DNA from: an uncultured delta proteobacterium
GTDB taxonomy: Bacteria > Desulfobacterota > Desulfobacteria > Desulfobacterales > B30-G6
Length of the DNA: 64,000 nucleotides
Reading direction: 5' to 3'
Assembly: GCA_963823335.1 (NCBI GenBank)
Contig: CAWGLD010000009.1
Span: 1-64,000 of the forward strand
A program made the translations under genes and the position numbers. Of this stretch, positions 1 through 11,386 are shown one piece after another; within the stretch, counting starts at the first letter, position 1, and each line of letters begins with the position of its first letter. Below the pieces are notes generated by a model. That model had not been told where the DNA came from and ran no database searches. It saw only the letters and a list, made by a program, of their open reading frames with translations.

Positions 1-85
1 TATTGACTTTTGGTTATCGCTAATAAAGGATACGCAACGACTTATCCTTGAACTTCAGATCTATCGGGGATCAGAGACGATTTAG

Positions 86-1219
<1,134 letters not shown>

Positions 1220-1327
1220 TTTGGAAAAATGTTCCAAAGATTCGGATCCTCAGGCACATAGCGAAAGCATTTCAGTGGGTTCTGCCGTGCGGCAGTGCTT
1301 CGCATGCCGAGGGAAATGCAAGTCTAT

Positions 1328-1636
1328 TTATTTCACAACCTTTAAAACATCACCCTGATTGATCCTCTTTTGCAGTTCCTGCAAAATTATATACGATGCC
1401 TGGTCAGGATTTACCTTTGAAAGACCTGATACGTCACAGCACGATTTCAGGAGAGGCTCATTACCCCATAGTCGAAACTCATTTTTAATAAAAATACCGA
1501 AACTGAGATGGAACTCCATCAACTTTTTTTCATTCATGTTGGCAATCTTGGTTCTGTCCCTGACGGACAAGTCTGACAGAATTTTATCAACGGCCAATTC
1601 AACTGTCGGTGGGAATTTCTCTTTGAACAACTCCAT
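1328..1636 (-). CDS. hypothetical protein (DUF6794-like)
   Basis: 102-aa ORF with upstream AGAGG; HLSFGIFIKNEFRLW resembles the DUF6794 motif as recalled. Confidence 0.65.
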   Translation of the reverse strand: MELFKEKFPPTVELAVDKILSDLSVRDRTKIANMNEKKLMEFHLSFGIFIKNEFRLWGNEPLLKSCCDVSGLSKVNPDQASYIILQELQKRINQGDVLKVVK

Positions 1637-1856
1637 GATGGTACCTCTGAGCTAATTGATTATCGTTTCTATAAATGGGCGCTACCTCTAATTTAAATAA
1701 AATGAAAGATTTTAGCATAATATTGTAATAATGCAACGTTGAACATAAATGACGGCCGATAGTAAGATAGGTGGTTTCAGAATTTGTTCATAGCCACTTG
1801 ACTTTATTGAACTTCTTTGACATTATTGAATCACACTATAATATGAGGACTTTTCC

Positions 1857-2228
1857 ATGAAATGGGTACTCTATCTATTCAGCATACTGTGGATCGTCTT
1901 TGGTTCTTTCGCAATTCTATACACAACCCAGCACAGGGATATTATGAGAAATATCCTCAAGGCAACCCATCTTAAAATCATTGCCGTCTTACCCTTCACA
2001 GCCGGCATCTTGTTAATAGTGTGTTCATCGGCAAGCCATTATCCCTGGTTTATCAGACTCATTGGTCTTTTCGCTATCGTCAAAGGCGTCTTCATTTTCT
2101 CAAATCCCAACCAGATAACCTATAAACTCAACGATTGGTATCTGAGCTCAGTCTCAGATCAAACCTGGAGGCTCTTTGGCATCATTGCGATTCTCCTGGG
2201 AAGTGCTGTCTTTTCCTGGGTTTTATAA
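1857..2228 (+). CDS. small 4-TM membrane protein (DUF2065-like)
   Basis: four hydrophobic segments; GAGGA RBS. Confidence 0.75.
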   Translation: MKWVLYLFSILWIVFGSFAILYTTQHRDIMRNILKATHLKIIAVLPFTAGILLIVCSSASHYPWFIRLIGLFAIVKGVFIFSNPNQITYKLNDWYLSSVSDQTWRLFGIIAILLGSAVFSWVL

Positions 2229-2245
2229 AATCAGGGGGAACAATT

Positions 2246-2527
2246 ATGACACTAACCAAAAACGATATCGTGGAAAAGATTCAGGCAGTCGGCTTCACCA
2301 AGAATATGGCTGTTAGCGCCATGGAGTCCCTGTTGGAAATTATCAAACAAACGCTGGAAGCAGAAGATGACATCCTTGTTACAGGGTTTGGGAAGTTCTG
2401 CGTAAAGGAAAAAAAACCCAGACGGGGCAGGAATCCTGCTACGGGATCCGATATGACCCTCTGGGGAAGAAGAGTCGTGACATTCAAATGTTCCGGTAAG
2501 TTGAGGGAAAGGGTCAATGGATCGTGA
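2246..2527 (+). CDS. ihfA: integration host factor subunit (alpha-like)
   Basis: MTLTK start, GFGKF, RRGRNPATG, RRVVTFK; GGGGG RBS. Confidence 0.9.
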   Translation: MTLTKNDIVEKIQAVGFTKNMAVSAMESLLEIIKQTLEAEDDILVTGFGKFCVKEKKPRRGRNPATGSDMTLWGRRVVTFKCSGKLRERVNGS

Positions 2528-2693
2528 CACGATAAAGTGCTTTTTCTGTGGTGGCAAGGCCAACGTCGAGGAAACAGACGGCCTGAAAATTGTATCCTGT
2601 CCGGCGTGCGGGCGTAAAACTGAGCTGGATACGTACCAGGGTCTGCTTGACGTGTGGATGGGTGACATCCGGAACAAAGACGGTGAAATCTAA
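2517..2693 (+). CDS. 58-aa zinc-ribbon-like protein (not in ORF track)
   Basis: manual translation MDRDTIKCFFCGGKANVEETDGLKIVSCPACGRKTELDTYQGLLDVWMGDIRNKDGEI; two CxxC motifs; overlaps the IHF stop codon. Confidence 0.7.
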   Translation: MDRDTIKCFFCGGKANVEETDGLKIVSCPACGRKTELDTYQGLLDVWMGDIRNKDGEI

Positions 2694-2741
2694 GTTGAAA
2701 GTTAAATTGGGGCCGGTTCCCTTGCGGGCAGACCTGACCTG

Positions 2742-3503
2742 TTATCCCATATCCAGCACTACAGGGCAGTGATCAGAACCCATGATATCATTCAAGATGT
2801 CCGCATTCCTGACAAGGCCGGCCAGACCCGGAGAAACCAGAAAGTAGTCAATTCTCCAGCCTACATTCCGTTTTCGTGCACCGGCGCGATAACTCCACCA
2901 GCTGTATTTTACCGTATCCGGATTTTTGAATCTGTAGCTGTCGATGAATTCGGCTGCCACGATGTTGTCCATTCCATCGATCTCTGCCTGCATATATCCC
3001 GCAGATTTGTTGTAGTTCGGTTCCGGCCGGGCCAAATCGATGGGTTTGTGGGCCACATTGAAATCACCACAGGCCACCACCGGTTTCTCTTTTTGCAGGT
3101 CCACCAGATAGGCCAGGAAGGCCGCATCCCAGTGCTGCCGATACCCCAATCGCTTCAATTCACTGCCTGAATTGGGTGTATAAACCGTTACCAGGAAAAA
3201 CTTATCTAACTCCAGTGCGATGACCCGACCTTCCTGATCGTGTTCTTCAACACCCATATCCAGGCGCACCGACAAGGGCTCGTTTTTGCTTAGAATGGCG
3301 GTACCGGCGTATCCTTTCCTTTCCGCCGAGTTGGTGTAAAGCCGATACCCCTCGATACCCGTCAGGGCCTCAACGACCTGGTCGTCCTGAGCCTTCGTTT
3401 CCTGCAGGCAGAGCACATCGGGCTGCATCGCCGCCAGCGATGCCTTGAAATCCTTTTTAACCGCCGCACGAATACCGTTGACGTTCCATGAAACCAGACG
3501 CAT
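2742..3503 (-). CDS. xth: exodeoxyribonuclease III
   Basis: SWNVNGIRA, LQETK, GDFNVAH, GWRIDYF, SDHCP. Confidence 0.96.
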   Translation of the reverse strand: MRLVSWNVNGIRAAVKKDFKASLAAMQPDVLCLQETKAQDDQVVEALTGIEGYRLYTNSAERKGYAGTAILSKNEPLSVRLDMGVEEHDQEGRVIALELDKFFLVTVYTPNSGSELKRLGYRQHWDAAFLAYLVDLQKEKPVVACGDFNVAHKPIDLARPEPNYNKSAGYMQAEIDGMDNIVAAEFIDSYRFKNPDTVKYSWWSYRAGARKRNVGWRIDYFLVSPGLAGLVRNADILNDIMGSDHCPVVLDMG

Positions 3504-3547
3504 CTATTTTCCTCCGCTCAAAGTAATTGTGTCCCGGGTTTAGCTCT

Positions 3548-3590
3548 TGAACCGCAACAGCCGGCTCCCTCCCCGTTGCTTGCCTTCGGG
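3548..3590 (-). repeat. dispersed REP-like repeat family B, inverted copy
   Basis: reverse complement reads GCAAGCAACGGGGAG...GCTGTTGCGGTTCA, like the copies at 14051, 48751, 52101 and 61961. Confidence 0.55.
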
Positions 3591-3597
3591 AACAAGC

Positions 3598-4368
3598 TCA
3601 TGGCTTATCCTTCAAACCGAAGTCAAGCCGGTACGCGTTAGCACCGCGGCGCAGCACGATGTCGTCGGGATTGATACGGCTGATTCGATACCCCTCGATA
3701 CCATCACCCTCCCGCAGAACCTGGTTGCTGATGACCACCAGGCGTTCCTGGGGGGTTTCTCCCCATGAGATGGCCTGTATCTTAAAGCTGACGCCCTCGA
3801 GCCGGTCCATGGGCAAAGGTTTCTCTTCCCGGACAAGGGCTTCTTTTGATACATCCTCTGTAGAATCGGGTGTATCCTTTTCGTTGGTTGCGATTTGTGG
3901 TTCCGGATCCCGCAATACCACATCCGCCACCGCTTCCTCCATTGCATCTCCTGTTGATTCTACAACCTGAACTCTTTCGGTTTCAATCTCATCGCCGATG
4001 TTTTCATCCGCCGACAAATTAGGCTTCGTTTCGGATTTATTGGATGGCAATGGAACAGGCGCTTTTAACAGGGATGCCAAGGGGCGTTTCTGTTCAAGAG
4101 CGATAGCTTCGGGTTGCGGCGTTTCTTGGGTCTCGGTTTTTACGACCGGCTCCATAACATCGAGCAGGGGCTCGGGTGTTTTTTCAGGGCTTCTAAGATA
4201 ATAAGCCCCAAAACCGATGGCCCCGATACAGACACAGACGAATCCTGCAATTCCCATGGCGATGTTTGAAGTAAATACTTTTCTGTCAGCCCTAGCACGT
4301 TTCAGGGGGTAATCCTGCCGGGACTCCTCCTTCTCCAGCTTGTTCAAAGCATCAAGAATCGAACTCAA
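3598..4368 (-). CDS. general secretion pathway protein GspB/ExeB-like
   Basis: MSSILDALNKLE N-terminus, single TM, C-terminal IQAISW...VISNQVLREGD; follows an ExeA-like gene. Confidence 0.8.
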   Translation of the reverse strand: MSSILDALNKLEKEESRQDYPLKRARADRKVFTSNIAMGIAGFVCVCIGAIGFGAYYLRSPEKTPEPLLDVMEPVVKTETQETPQPEAIALEQKRPLASLLKAPVPLPSNKSETKPNLSADENIGDEIETERVQVVESTGDAMEEAVADVVLRDPEPQIATNEKDTPDSTEDVSKEALVREEKPLPMDRLEGVSFKIQAISWGETPQERLVVISNQVLREGDGIEGYRISRINPDDIVLRRGANAYRLDFGLKDKP

Positions 4369-4408
4369 TGTGTATCATCCTTTGCCGTTTTTACGAGAAG
4401 CGCCTGTT

Positions 4409-6139
4409 TCAGGGCTGGCTCTCCAAGGGGCGTTCATAGGCAACAAGCCGTGGCGCCTTGATATCTTTTTTTTCGTTGTACAGCACGATCTTGGTCAACG
4501 GCCCCACAAAACCGTCTGCAACGATACCGTTTTTAAATTGGAGATCCCTGATTATCACCTGTGTCAGCGTGTCAAATTCCGGTGTCAGGGTAACCTCCTC
4601 GTACCCAATATCACGCAACATCATTTTCAGCATGATAATGGAACCCTTGGGACCACTCAATGGCAAGACGCCTTCAAAGCTTAGAAAATTTTTCCACACA
4701 ATAAAGGCGGTTCCCTTGAACTGGGCCACCAGGACATCATATGGAATCGTAACAGACATCTCCAGTCCCTGCACCCGGAAACGCGCCTGGTTCTGATGAA
4801 TTTTTTCCAGCGTCAGGTACAGCGGTGGTTTTGACTCCGGGCTCTCAAATTTAAAAATGGCCGGTAGATTCAGCTTGCCGATCAAGCCCGGGTTGCCGTC
4901 GATCACCTGGACTTCCAGGCCATGTTGCCTTGTGACCAGATTGAAGAATGTAGTGTCGTCCGGAAGGCTTTCAAGGTAGGGCTGGATATGATCCCCGACT
5001 CCCCACAGAGACAGCAGCCGCCGCATGGCGTTGTATCGTGTTGCAGCAGGATCCGCCTGTTCAAGAAATGTTTCCAGCGCCACCGTCTTGACCGCCTCGG
5101 CAGGTACGGATTCCGCGCTGATGGTTTCCATTTTCTCCGGAACTGCCGGGTAATAGACCACGGCAGGCGTATCCTTAACTCCTGACACCGTGTCGGGCAA
5201 CATGGCCGATGGATCCGGATCAGCCTTGCGCTGAAAGAGCCCCGGCAGGAGGAAGACGCCTAAAACGGCCGCCACGGCAATCATTACCAGCGCGGTCGTA
5301 CGGATTTTCAAAGGAAATCCTGTCCGAAGATCACCACGGCTCGACAATTCCCGAATGGCCAGCCGTACGATACCACCGGATATCTTTTTACGGTTCCGGC
5401 TGTAGGCAATCAAAAGCGATCGGTCACATATAATATTGATCAAACGGGGGACACCGCCGGTATAGGAATAGATCTCCTTTAAAGCTCTTTTTGAAAACAG
5501 GTGCCCTGGTTTTGTAAGGGCAATCTGTATTCGGTGTTCAATATATGCGCAGGTTTCCTTAAAGGTGAGCGGCGCCAGGTAACAACTCAGAGTCACCCGT
5601 TGACCGAGCTGCCTGAGTTCATGTGAGTCCAGCATTTCTCCCAGCTCGGGCTGTCCCACCAGGATGATTTGAAGAAGCTTGCTTTGCGTGGTTTCCAGGT
5701 TGGATAAAAGCCGCAGCTGCTCCAGGACTTGGATACTCAGGTTCTGGGCCTCGTCAATGATCACGATGACATTTCTGCCGGCAGCCTTCTGCCGCATGAG
5801 AAAGATGTTCAGGGCATCGATCAGGTCCTTTGTATTGTCTGCTGAAGAGTCGATGCCAAGCTCGTCATTGATGGTTTTGAGCAACTGCACTTCATCCAGC
5901 CTGGGATTGAATATATAGGCAGCGGTGGTGTCGTCGAGCAGGCGCTCCAGAAAAACCCTGCACAAAGTGGTCTTGCCAGTGCCGACTTCTCCGATGATCT
6001 CCACAAACCCGTCCCCGTGCTGCAGCGTGTATTTCAAGTGTGCCAGTGCTTCTTCATGGCTTTTGCTTAAGAACAGATAGGTCGGATCCGGAACCAGCTT
6101 GAAAGGACGCTCCTTGAAGCCGAAAAAGTGGCTGTACAT
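4409..6139 (-). CDS. ExeA/GspA-family AAA ATPase with C-terminal peptidoglycan-binding domain
   Basis: MYSHFFGFKERPF, GEVGTGKT, IIDEAQ, LVGQPEL, GGVPRLIN, C-terminal DGFVGPLT. Confidence 0.92.
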   Translation of the reverse strand: MYSHFFGFKERPFKLVPDPTYLFLSKSHEEALAHLKYTLQHGDGFVEIIGEVGTGKTTLCRVFLERLLDDTTAAYIFNPRLDEVQLLKTINDELGIDSSADNTKDLIDALNIFLMRQKAAGRNVIVIIDEAQNLSIQVLEQLRLLSNLETTQSKLLQIILVGQPELGEMLDSHELRQLGQRVTLSCYLAPLTFKETCAYIEHRIQIALTKPGHLFSKRALKEIYSYTGGVPRLINIICDRSLLIAYSRNRKKISGGIVRLAIRELSSRGDLRTGFPLKIRTTALVMIAVAAVLGVFLLPGLFQRKADPDPSAMLPDTVSGVKDTPAVVYYPAVPEKMETISAESVPAEAVKTVALETFLEQADPAATRYNAMRRLLSLWGVGDHIQPYLESLPDDTTFFNLVTRQHGLEVQVIDGNPGLIGKLNLPAIFKFESPESKPPLYLTLEKIHQNQARFRVQGLEMSVTIPYDVLVAQFKGTAFIVWKNFLSFEGVLPLSGPKGSIIMLKMMLRDIGYEEVTLTPEFDTLTQVIIRDLQFKNGIVADGFVGPLTKIVLYNEKKDIKAPRLVAYERPLESQP

Positions 6140-6282
6140 CGTATCTCTCCTCAACGTTGAACAACATAAAGCCCGGAAATTCCACAAACCCGATCGGCTC
6201 TTTCGATTTCATGAAATGCTCGGGATAGAACATTTTGTCTATCATAGCCTAAGGCTGCCACATTTTCAACTGTATGCGTTCC

Positions 6283-7395
6283 CTAAATCTTTTTGTTCAG
6301 AGCACAGTGTAATGCCTCACCCTTGACAAGGTTCTCAAAACACTTGTTGCATGATATGCAATCCGCCCTGGCCCGGTCTCCGCTTCTCCATGAATTGATG
6401 ATATGGGGACTTTTTATCAATGGACGGCACAACGAAATAAAATCCGCATCACCTTTCTCCACGATCTCTTCCATGAGCCCGATGGATCTCAAGCCGCCGA
6501 CCATCATGACGGGTGTGTTCACCAGGCGCTTTACCTCTTTGCTCCAGTCCCGAAAATAGGCCTCTTTTTCGACCCGGTTTATTTTTGTGCGAAATTCCGT
6601 CTCCTCGTACCAGTTTCCTCTCAAGCCCTGGCTTAACTCCAATGCATCAAACCCCCACTGGGAAAAGCGTCTGGCCGCTTCCCTACCCTCACGAAACTCG
6701 AGCCCCCCTGCAAACCCGTCTTGACCTCCTGTTTTTATTAGCACTGGATAGGCTTCGCCTACCTTTTCTCTGACGCTCAGGTATATCTCCCGGTGGAATC
6801 GTAAACGGTTTTCAAAAGAACCGCCATATTCATCGTCCCGACGATTGGTGTATGGAGAGAGAAACTGACTGAGCAGGTATGCATGGGCACCATGGAGTTG
6901 GACAGCATCGAAACCGGCTGCTTTTGCTCTTTCCGCCGCATCGCCGAAAGCCTGGATGATCGTCCGGATGTCTGCTACTGTCGCCGCGCGGCATTCTTTT
7001 CTGAAAAAAGGGTCGTTGGGTATGATGGACGGGGCGATCGCCTGCTCCTTTACTGACTCAAGAAACCTGGCCGATTCTCTGCCTGCATGAAATAGCTGGA
7101 CGGCGATTTTTGCGCCACGGTCGTGGACTGCCCGGGTCAGTCGTTTTAAGCCGGGTATCGAATCATCATGGGCAATGCTGTTCTGAAATGGGGAAATCTG
7201 GCCGGATGGGTGAACATAAGCGATACCCGTTACAATGAGACCGACACCACCTTCAGCAAGATCCGTAAAGAGCTTGATCTGTTTTTCCGTAACCCGGCCA
7301 TTTCTGTCGCTGCATCCGTCGTAAGTGGCCGATCTGACGAAGCGGTTGCGCAATGTCAGATTTTTTATTCGTATGGGTTCAAAAAGAATGTTCAC
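6283..7395 (-). CDS. NADH:flavin oxidoreductase (Old Yellow Enzyme family)
   Basis: LRNRFVRSAT, GFDAVQLHGAHAYLLSQFLSP, NRRDDEYGG. Confidence 0.93.
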   Translation of the reverse strand: MNILFEPIRIKNLTLRNRFVRSATYDGCSDRNGRVTEKQIKLFTDLAEGGVGLIVTGIAYVHPSGQISPFQNSIAHDDSIPGLKRLTRAVHDRGAKIAVQLFHAGRESARFLESVKEQAIAPSIIPNDPFFRKECRAATVADIRTIIQAFGDAAERAKAAGFDAVQLHGAHAYLLSQFLSPYTNRRDDEYGGSFENRLRFHREIYLSVREKVGEAYPVLIKTGGQDGFAGGLEFREGREAARRFSQWGFDALELSQGLRGNWYEETEFRTKINRVEKEAYFRDWSKEVKRLVNTPVMMVGGLRSIGLMEEIVEKGDADFISLCRPLIKSPHIINSWRSGDRARADCISCNKCFENLVKGEALHCALNKKI

Positions 7396-7634
7396 AATTT
7401 TTTATAACTCTTTTTTTTGAGAAAATCGTGGAAGACAGAGATCCAGAAACTATTTGGCCAAATCTTTATTCTTCACATCGACTGAATTCTGTCAATAATG
7501 AAACCTGGCCTTCTTGTATTCCATAATCTAATGTGTCAATGGGCATCCCCAAAGACTCCCAATGGGCTCAAATATAAGAATGTCAATATTTCACCATCGT
7601 CCCGTAAACCCTGATGCTATTCATTTCCTCCACA

Positions 7635-7856
7635 TCAATGCTCTTTATCTTCATTTGTGTGGTCATATGTAACCCTTTTCAGCTTATAGACAATTCCCAG
7701 GCAGGCAAATAATAGTGCGATTAGCCCGATTAAAATTGTTGCCTTCTTTCCAAGGATTGATGACAGAATAAATATCACGAAAATCAGCAATACAGCAATC
7801 TTGATGTATTCATTTTTAGAGCCAATATTAGAAAATAGTTTCTTATACTCATCCAT
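7635..7856 (-). CDS. small 2-TM membrane protein
   Basis: GGAGG RBS before ATG 7856; two hydrophobic stretches. Confidence 0.6.
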   Translation of the reverse strand: MDEYKKLFSNIGSKNEYIKIAVLLIFVIFILSSILGKKATILIGLIALLFACLGIVYKLKRVTYDHTNEDKEH

Positions 7857-7914
7857 ATCTAACCTCCAGACATGCTTTGCACATCTTTGACAGTATGTCC
7901 ACGGTCTGGTCATT

Positions 7915-8017
7915 TATACCGCTTGTCATAATAATGTTCCGAAAATAGGATGGCGGCATAAGGGATTGTAGCGGAAAAAAGGTCCTCAATCGGAACGTTT
8001 TTCTGACAACCCCTATA
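7915..8017. mobile_element. 103-bp MITE-like element, copy 1
   Basis: near-identical to 57578-57680; imperfect terminal IR (TTGTCAtAAtAAtGTTCCGA / TCGGAACgTTtTTcTGACAA) flanked by TATA. Confidence 0.8.
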
Positions 8018-8251
8018 ACGCAAACCAATGTGGCTGGTTGATTATGGTCAGCTGCATATGGGGATTTTTCAAGTAAGGACATGTTTCTGTTTTCCAGTTC
8101 TGAGATCTGGTGAAGTTCAGAGTTTCTGTAAGTGCTTGGTTTGGCATGGTGGAACCCCTTGGAAGAGGTTAGATGCTGCTGAGATAGTGCCATGGTTGGT
8201 GTGTATGATCAAGACGGAATTGGTTCGGATGGAATGCGGATGGGTATGGTG

Positions 8252-9526
8252 CTACCTCGCTGTAAGTTTCATTTCGATACGTCTGTTTTTTCGGTATGCT
8301 TCGAGAGTTTCAGCTGGGTCGATGGGATGGAATTTGCTGAACCCGGTTGCTGCCATTCGATCCTCTGGGATTTCATTACTTGCAAGAAACCGTACCACAG
8401 ACACAGCTCTGGCAGTTGACAGTTCCCAGTTTGATGGGAAAAACTGGGTGTGAATGGGCACACGATCTGTGTGTCCGTCAATCCTTAGGATCCAGTTGAG
8501 ATCATCAGGAAATTTTTTGGATAGTTGCTGTAAAATAGCTGCAATCTGGATCAGGTGCTGTTTCCCTTCCTCCCCAAGATCAGCAGAACCGGACTCAAAT
8601 AATAATTCTGCTTGAAGAACAAAACGGTCACCTTCAACACGCACATAAGGGCTATCACCCAGTATTTCTCTCAAGCGGCCGAAGAATTCCGACCGATATT
8701 GTTCCAGCAGGTTGACACGCTTAGCAAGTATGATGTTTAACCGTTTGCCAAGATCCTCCAATTCAGCTGCCTGAACTGACTTTTCTGATTCAGCTACCTT
8801 TAAGGCCTGGCTGATTTCTTCAAGCTGTTTTTTCAGATTTGTGATTTGCTGATGCAGCAAAACCACTTCCGCCCGTGCATTTTGTGAAAGTTGACGCTCA
8901 TCGTTTAAAGCCTTTTCTTGCTCGCCAACAACTGCAGCTAATGCCTGTATGCGAATTTCACGCTGGCCAATGATTTCTTGAGCCAAGACAGTTCGTTCCT
9001 TTTCATCGGCCAAACGTGTCTCGAGTGACATGGTCCGGTCTCTCAGAGCACCCAATTCGATTGTTTTAGTTGAAAGCGCCTCAGCAAGCTGACCTACTTT
9101 CGCCTCCAGTTCACGTCTCATAAAACGCAATGTATTGATATCTTCTTGAAGACTTGCAATGAGCAAAAACTGTCTTTTTATCTCGATCTCGTCCAGTTCG
9201 GAACGTTCGGTCAACTCGAACAAGCGTGAACTCAATGACTCTTTTTCCTGGGTAATATCAGTTATTAATCCAGACAAACTGGCAATTTCAGTTGTCAGTA
9301 CCTCATTTCGCTCATTTTCCAAACCAAGCAATCCAACAAGTTCATCCATACGCCGATGGAGAGACACCAATTCGCTCTCTTTTCCAGATAAGATCTCACT
9401 TAACAAAAATTGAGTGAGCGTAAAGATGAGAACGACAAATATTACCACCATGAGAAGAGCAGACAAGGCATCGACATATCCCGGCCAAACATTGCTTCCC
9501 ATTGCACGCCTACCGGAGTTTATCAT
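8252..9526 (-). CDS. MotB/OmpA-family peptidoglycan-binding protein with long coiled coil
   Basis: WPGYVDALSALL TM segment with conserved Asp; LFESGSA, IDGHTD, NWELSTARA, NRRIE; start may be 9499. Confidence 0.9.
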   Translation of the reverse strand: MINSGRRAMGSNVWPGYVDALSALLMVVIFVVLIFTLTQFLLSEILSGKESELVSLHRRMDELVGLLGLENERNEVLTTEIASLSGLITDITQEKESLSSRLFELTERSELDEIEIKRQFLLIASLQEDINTLRFMRRELEAKVGQLAEALSTKTIELGALRDRTMSLETRLADEKERTVLAQEIIGQREIRIQALAAVVGEQEKALNDERQLSQNARAEVVLLHQQITNLKKQLEEISQALKVAESEKSVQAAELEDLGKRLNIILAKRVNLLEQYRSEFFGRLREILGDSPYVRVEGDRFVLQAELLFESGSADLGEEGKQHLIQIAAILQQLSKKFPDDLNWILRIDGHTDRVPIHTQFFPSNWELSTARAVSVVRFLASNEIPEDRMAATGFSKFHPIDPAETLEAYRKNRRIEMKLTAR

Positions 9527-10383
9527 ATCTGTTTCTTCTCTATGTTGTTTTTCTGAATTTCAATCAACTGTTCAAGACCTTGCTGATTATTCCGTATTTC
9601 TCTTATTAAACTTTCGAGATTACGTTCAATTCTCACCATGCCGGGTTCGCTTATCATCCCATCCACATCTTTGTCGTCACTACTATCGACAAGCTGTGTG
9701 ACACCAGACAGCCATTCTTCCATATCATTAAAAAAGCGATTCTGAGCATGACTGGCTTGAATATCTATAAAACCAAGTACCAAAGATCCTCCCAGGCCAA
9801 ACAACGACGAGCTAAACGCTGTCCCCATGCCTTGCATCGGCTTTAGAAGACCTGTTTTCAATGATTCGAACGTCCCGACAAAATCATTGGTTCCGACGTT
9901 TAATCCACCAATTACCTCACCGACAGCGCCAATCGTTCCGAGAAGGCCCCAAAAAGTGCCCAGGAGTCCTAGAAATATCAACAGGCCAATCATGTAGCGA
10001 GAAATCTCTTTAGATTCATCCAGATGAGCTCTAATGCCCTCAAGTACCGTACGCAATGATAACGCGGACAGCTTGAATCGATCTCTGTGAACCCCATGAA
10101 GATGTTTTATCAGGGGTTTGAGCAAAGCCGGGTCTTCTTCTGCCACCGATCGCCCTAATTGACCGGTTCGAAAAATATTCATCCATTCGATTTCTGGTTC
10201 AAGCCGCAAAACCTGGTACATATTAATTCCGATACCGGTAGCCAGAGTACAAAGGATCATTAGATTAAAACCCCAGTTGGCCATGAAGGCAGACTTCAAA
10301 GAACTAAATAGAAGTGCACAGATTACACAGACAACAGCCAAGCATATAAACATTAGGTAAAGATAATGACGTGGATTCCTCAT
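9523..10383 (-). CDS. MotA/TolQ/ExbB-family proton channel protein
   Basis: LGLLGTFWGL and GMGTAFSSSLFG; abuts the MotB-like gene. Confidence 0.88.
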   Translation of the reverse strand: MRNPRHYLYLMFICLAVVCVICALLFSSLKSAFMANWGFNLMILCTLATGIGINMYQVLRLEPEIEWMNIFRTGQLGRSVAEEDPALLKPLIKHLHGVHRDRFKLSALSLRTVLEGIRAHLDESKEISRYMIGLLIFLGLLGTFWGLLGTIGAVGEVIGGLNVGTNDFVGTFESLKTGLLKPMQGMGTAFSSSLFGLGGSLVLGFIDIQASHAQNRFFNDMEEWLSGVTQLVDSSDDKDVDGMISEPGMVRIERNLESLIREIRNNQQGLEQLIEIQKNNIEKKQI

Positions 10384-10720
10384 GATACACCTGTAGTCCT
10401 GTCAATTGAATTCAACTCCCATAATCAAATAATAACGCATGCCGATTTACAGATTTAATGTCCTTAGTATCATATTTTATATCATTTAGTTAGTTCAATT
10501 ATCAGATTAGAATGAACTTCAATGAAATCTAATGAATCAGAGAGATGTTTTCTGTGATTTGTTGACCTTTTCTTGACCTGACTGGTCAAAAGACGAAGAT
10601 TCCCCGACAGTATTGTATCCTAAGAGTTACTTGACCTGACACCCACAAAATATGGTATCTATACTTGTACATGACTGGCACTATTTCTCCATGTATCAAA
10701 GGAAGAAATCATACTGAATA

Positions 10721-11173
10721 ATGAAAGGAGGCCAACGAATGCAAGGCATAAATGTTGTTGGTAAGTGGAAACTCATATCCGCTAAGGCCGAAAACCCGGA
10801 TGGAGATATATGGTATCCATATGGTGAAGATGGGTTTGGGATTCTGATGTATGATGCCCATGGTTATATGTATGCCCTGCTTATGAGACGTGGCCGATCA
10901 AAATTTGTTTCAGGTGATCCACTGGGTGGCACCTCCGAAGAGCTGAAGGAGGCATTTGAGGGATTCGATGCTTATTGCGGAACATACGAATTGGATATAG
11001 AAAATGGGAAAGTTACTCACCATGTCGAAGGCGCTCGTTTTCCGAATTGGGAAGGGACTGATCAGCAACGCTTTTTTGAGCTTTCCGATGATCGACTGGA
11101 TATTAAGACTGAACCTATCCCTGCACTTGGAACAGAGTGGGTTGTGAGTCTGATATGGGATCGTGTGGTTTAA
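10721..11173 (+). CDS. lipocalin-like domain protein
   Basis: VGKWKLIS, G.LMY..G.M, AYCGTY, PNWEGTDQQR; start may be 10739. Confidence 0.85.
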   Translation: MKGGQRMQGINVVGKWKLISAKAENPDGDIWYPYGEDGFGILMYDAHGYMYALLMRRGRSKFVSGDPLGGTSEELKEAFEGFDAYCGTYELDIENGKVTHHVEGARFPNWEGTDQQRFFELSDDRLDIKTEPIPALGTEWVVSLIWDRVV

Positions 11174-11197
11174 ATTATTCCTATGCCTATTGGGTGA

Positions 11198-11365
11198 TTC
11201 CAACAAAAACAAAGTTATCAGACCCCTAAAATTTTACCTGTGTGCGAAAATAATCACAAAAGACTAAATCTTGCATTCATAGGTTCTTCCGTGATATTTT
11301 GGGGAGGATAAAATAGTATCGGTGATGTTTCATTAAATTTAAGTAACAAAAGTATTCTCCATATC
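11198..11365 (+). repeat. cassette-boundary element (family A), copy 1
   Basis: TCCAACAAAAACAAAGTTATCAGACCCCTAAAATTTTACCTGTGTGCGAAAATAATCACA...ATCTTGCATTCATAG...CTCCAT. Confidence 0.85.
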
Positions 11366-11386
11366 CATGCAGTTTCAAGGGATGTC

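Noticed and set aside
1817-1842. TTGACA...TATAAT promoter
   Set aside because: The spacer is only 14 bp.
8252-10383. Zorya defence system
   Set aside because: No ZorC/D/E nearby and no long cytoplasmic tail on the MotA-like subunit.
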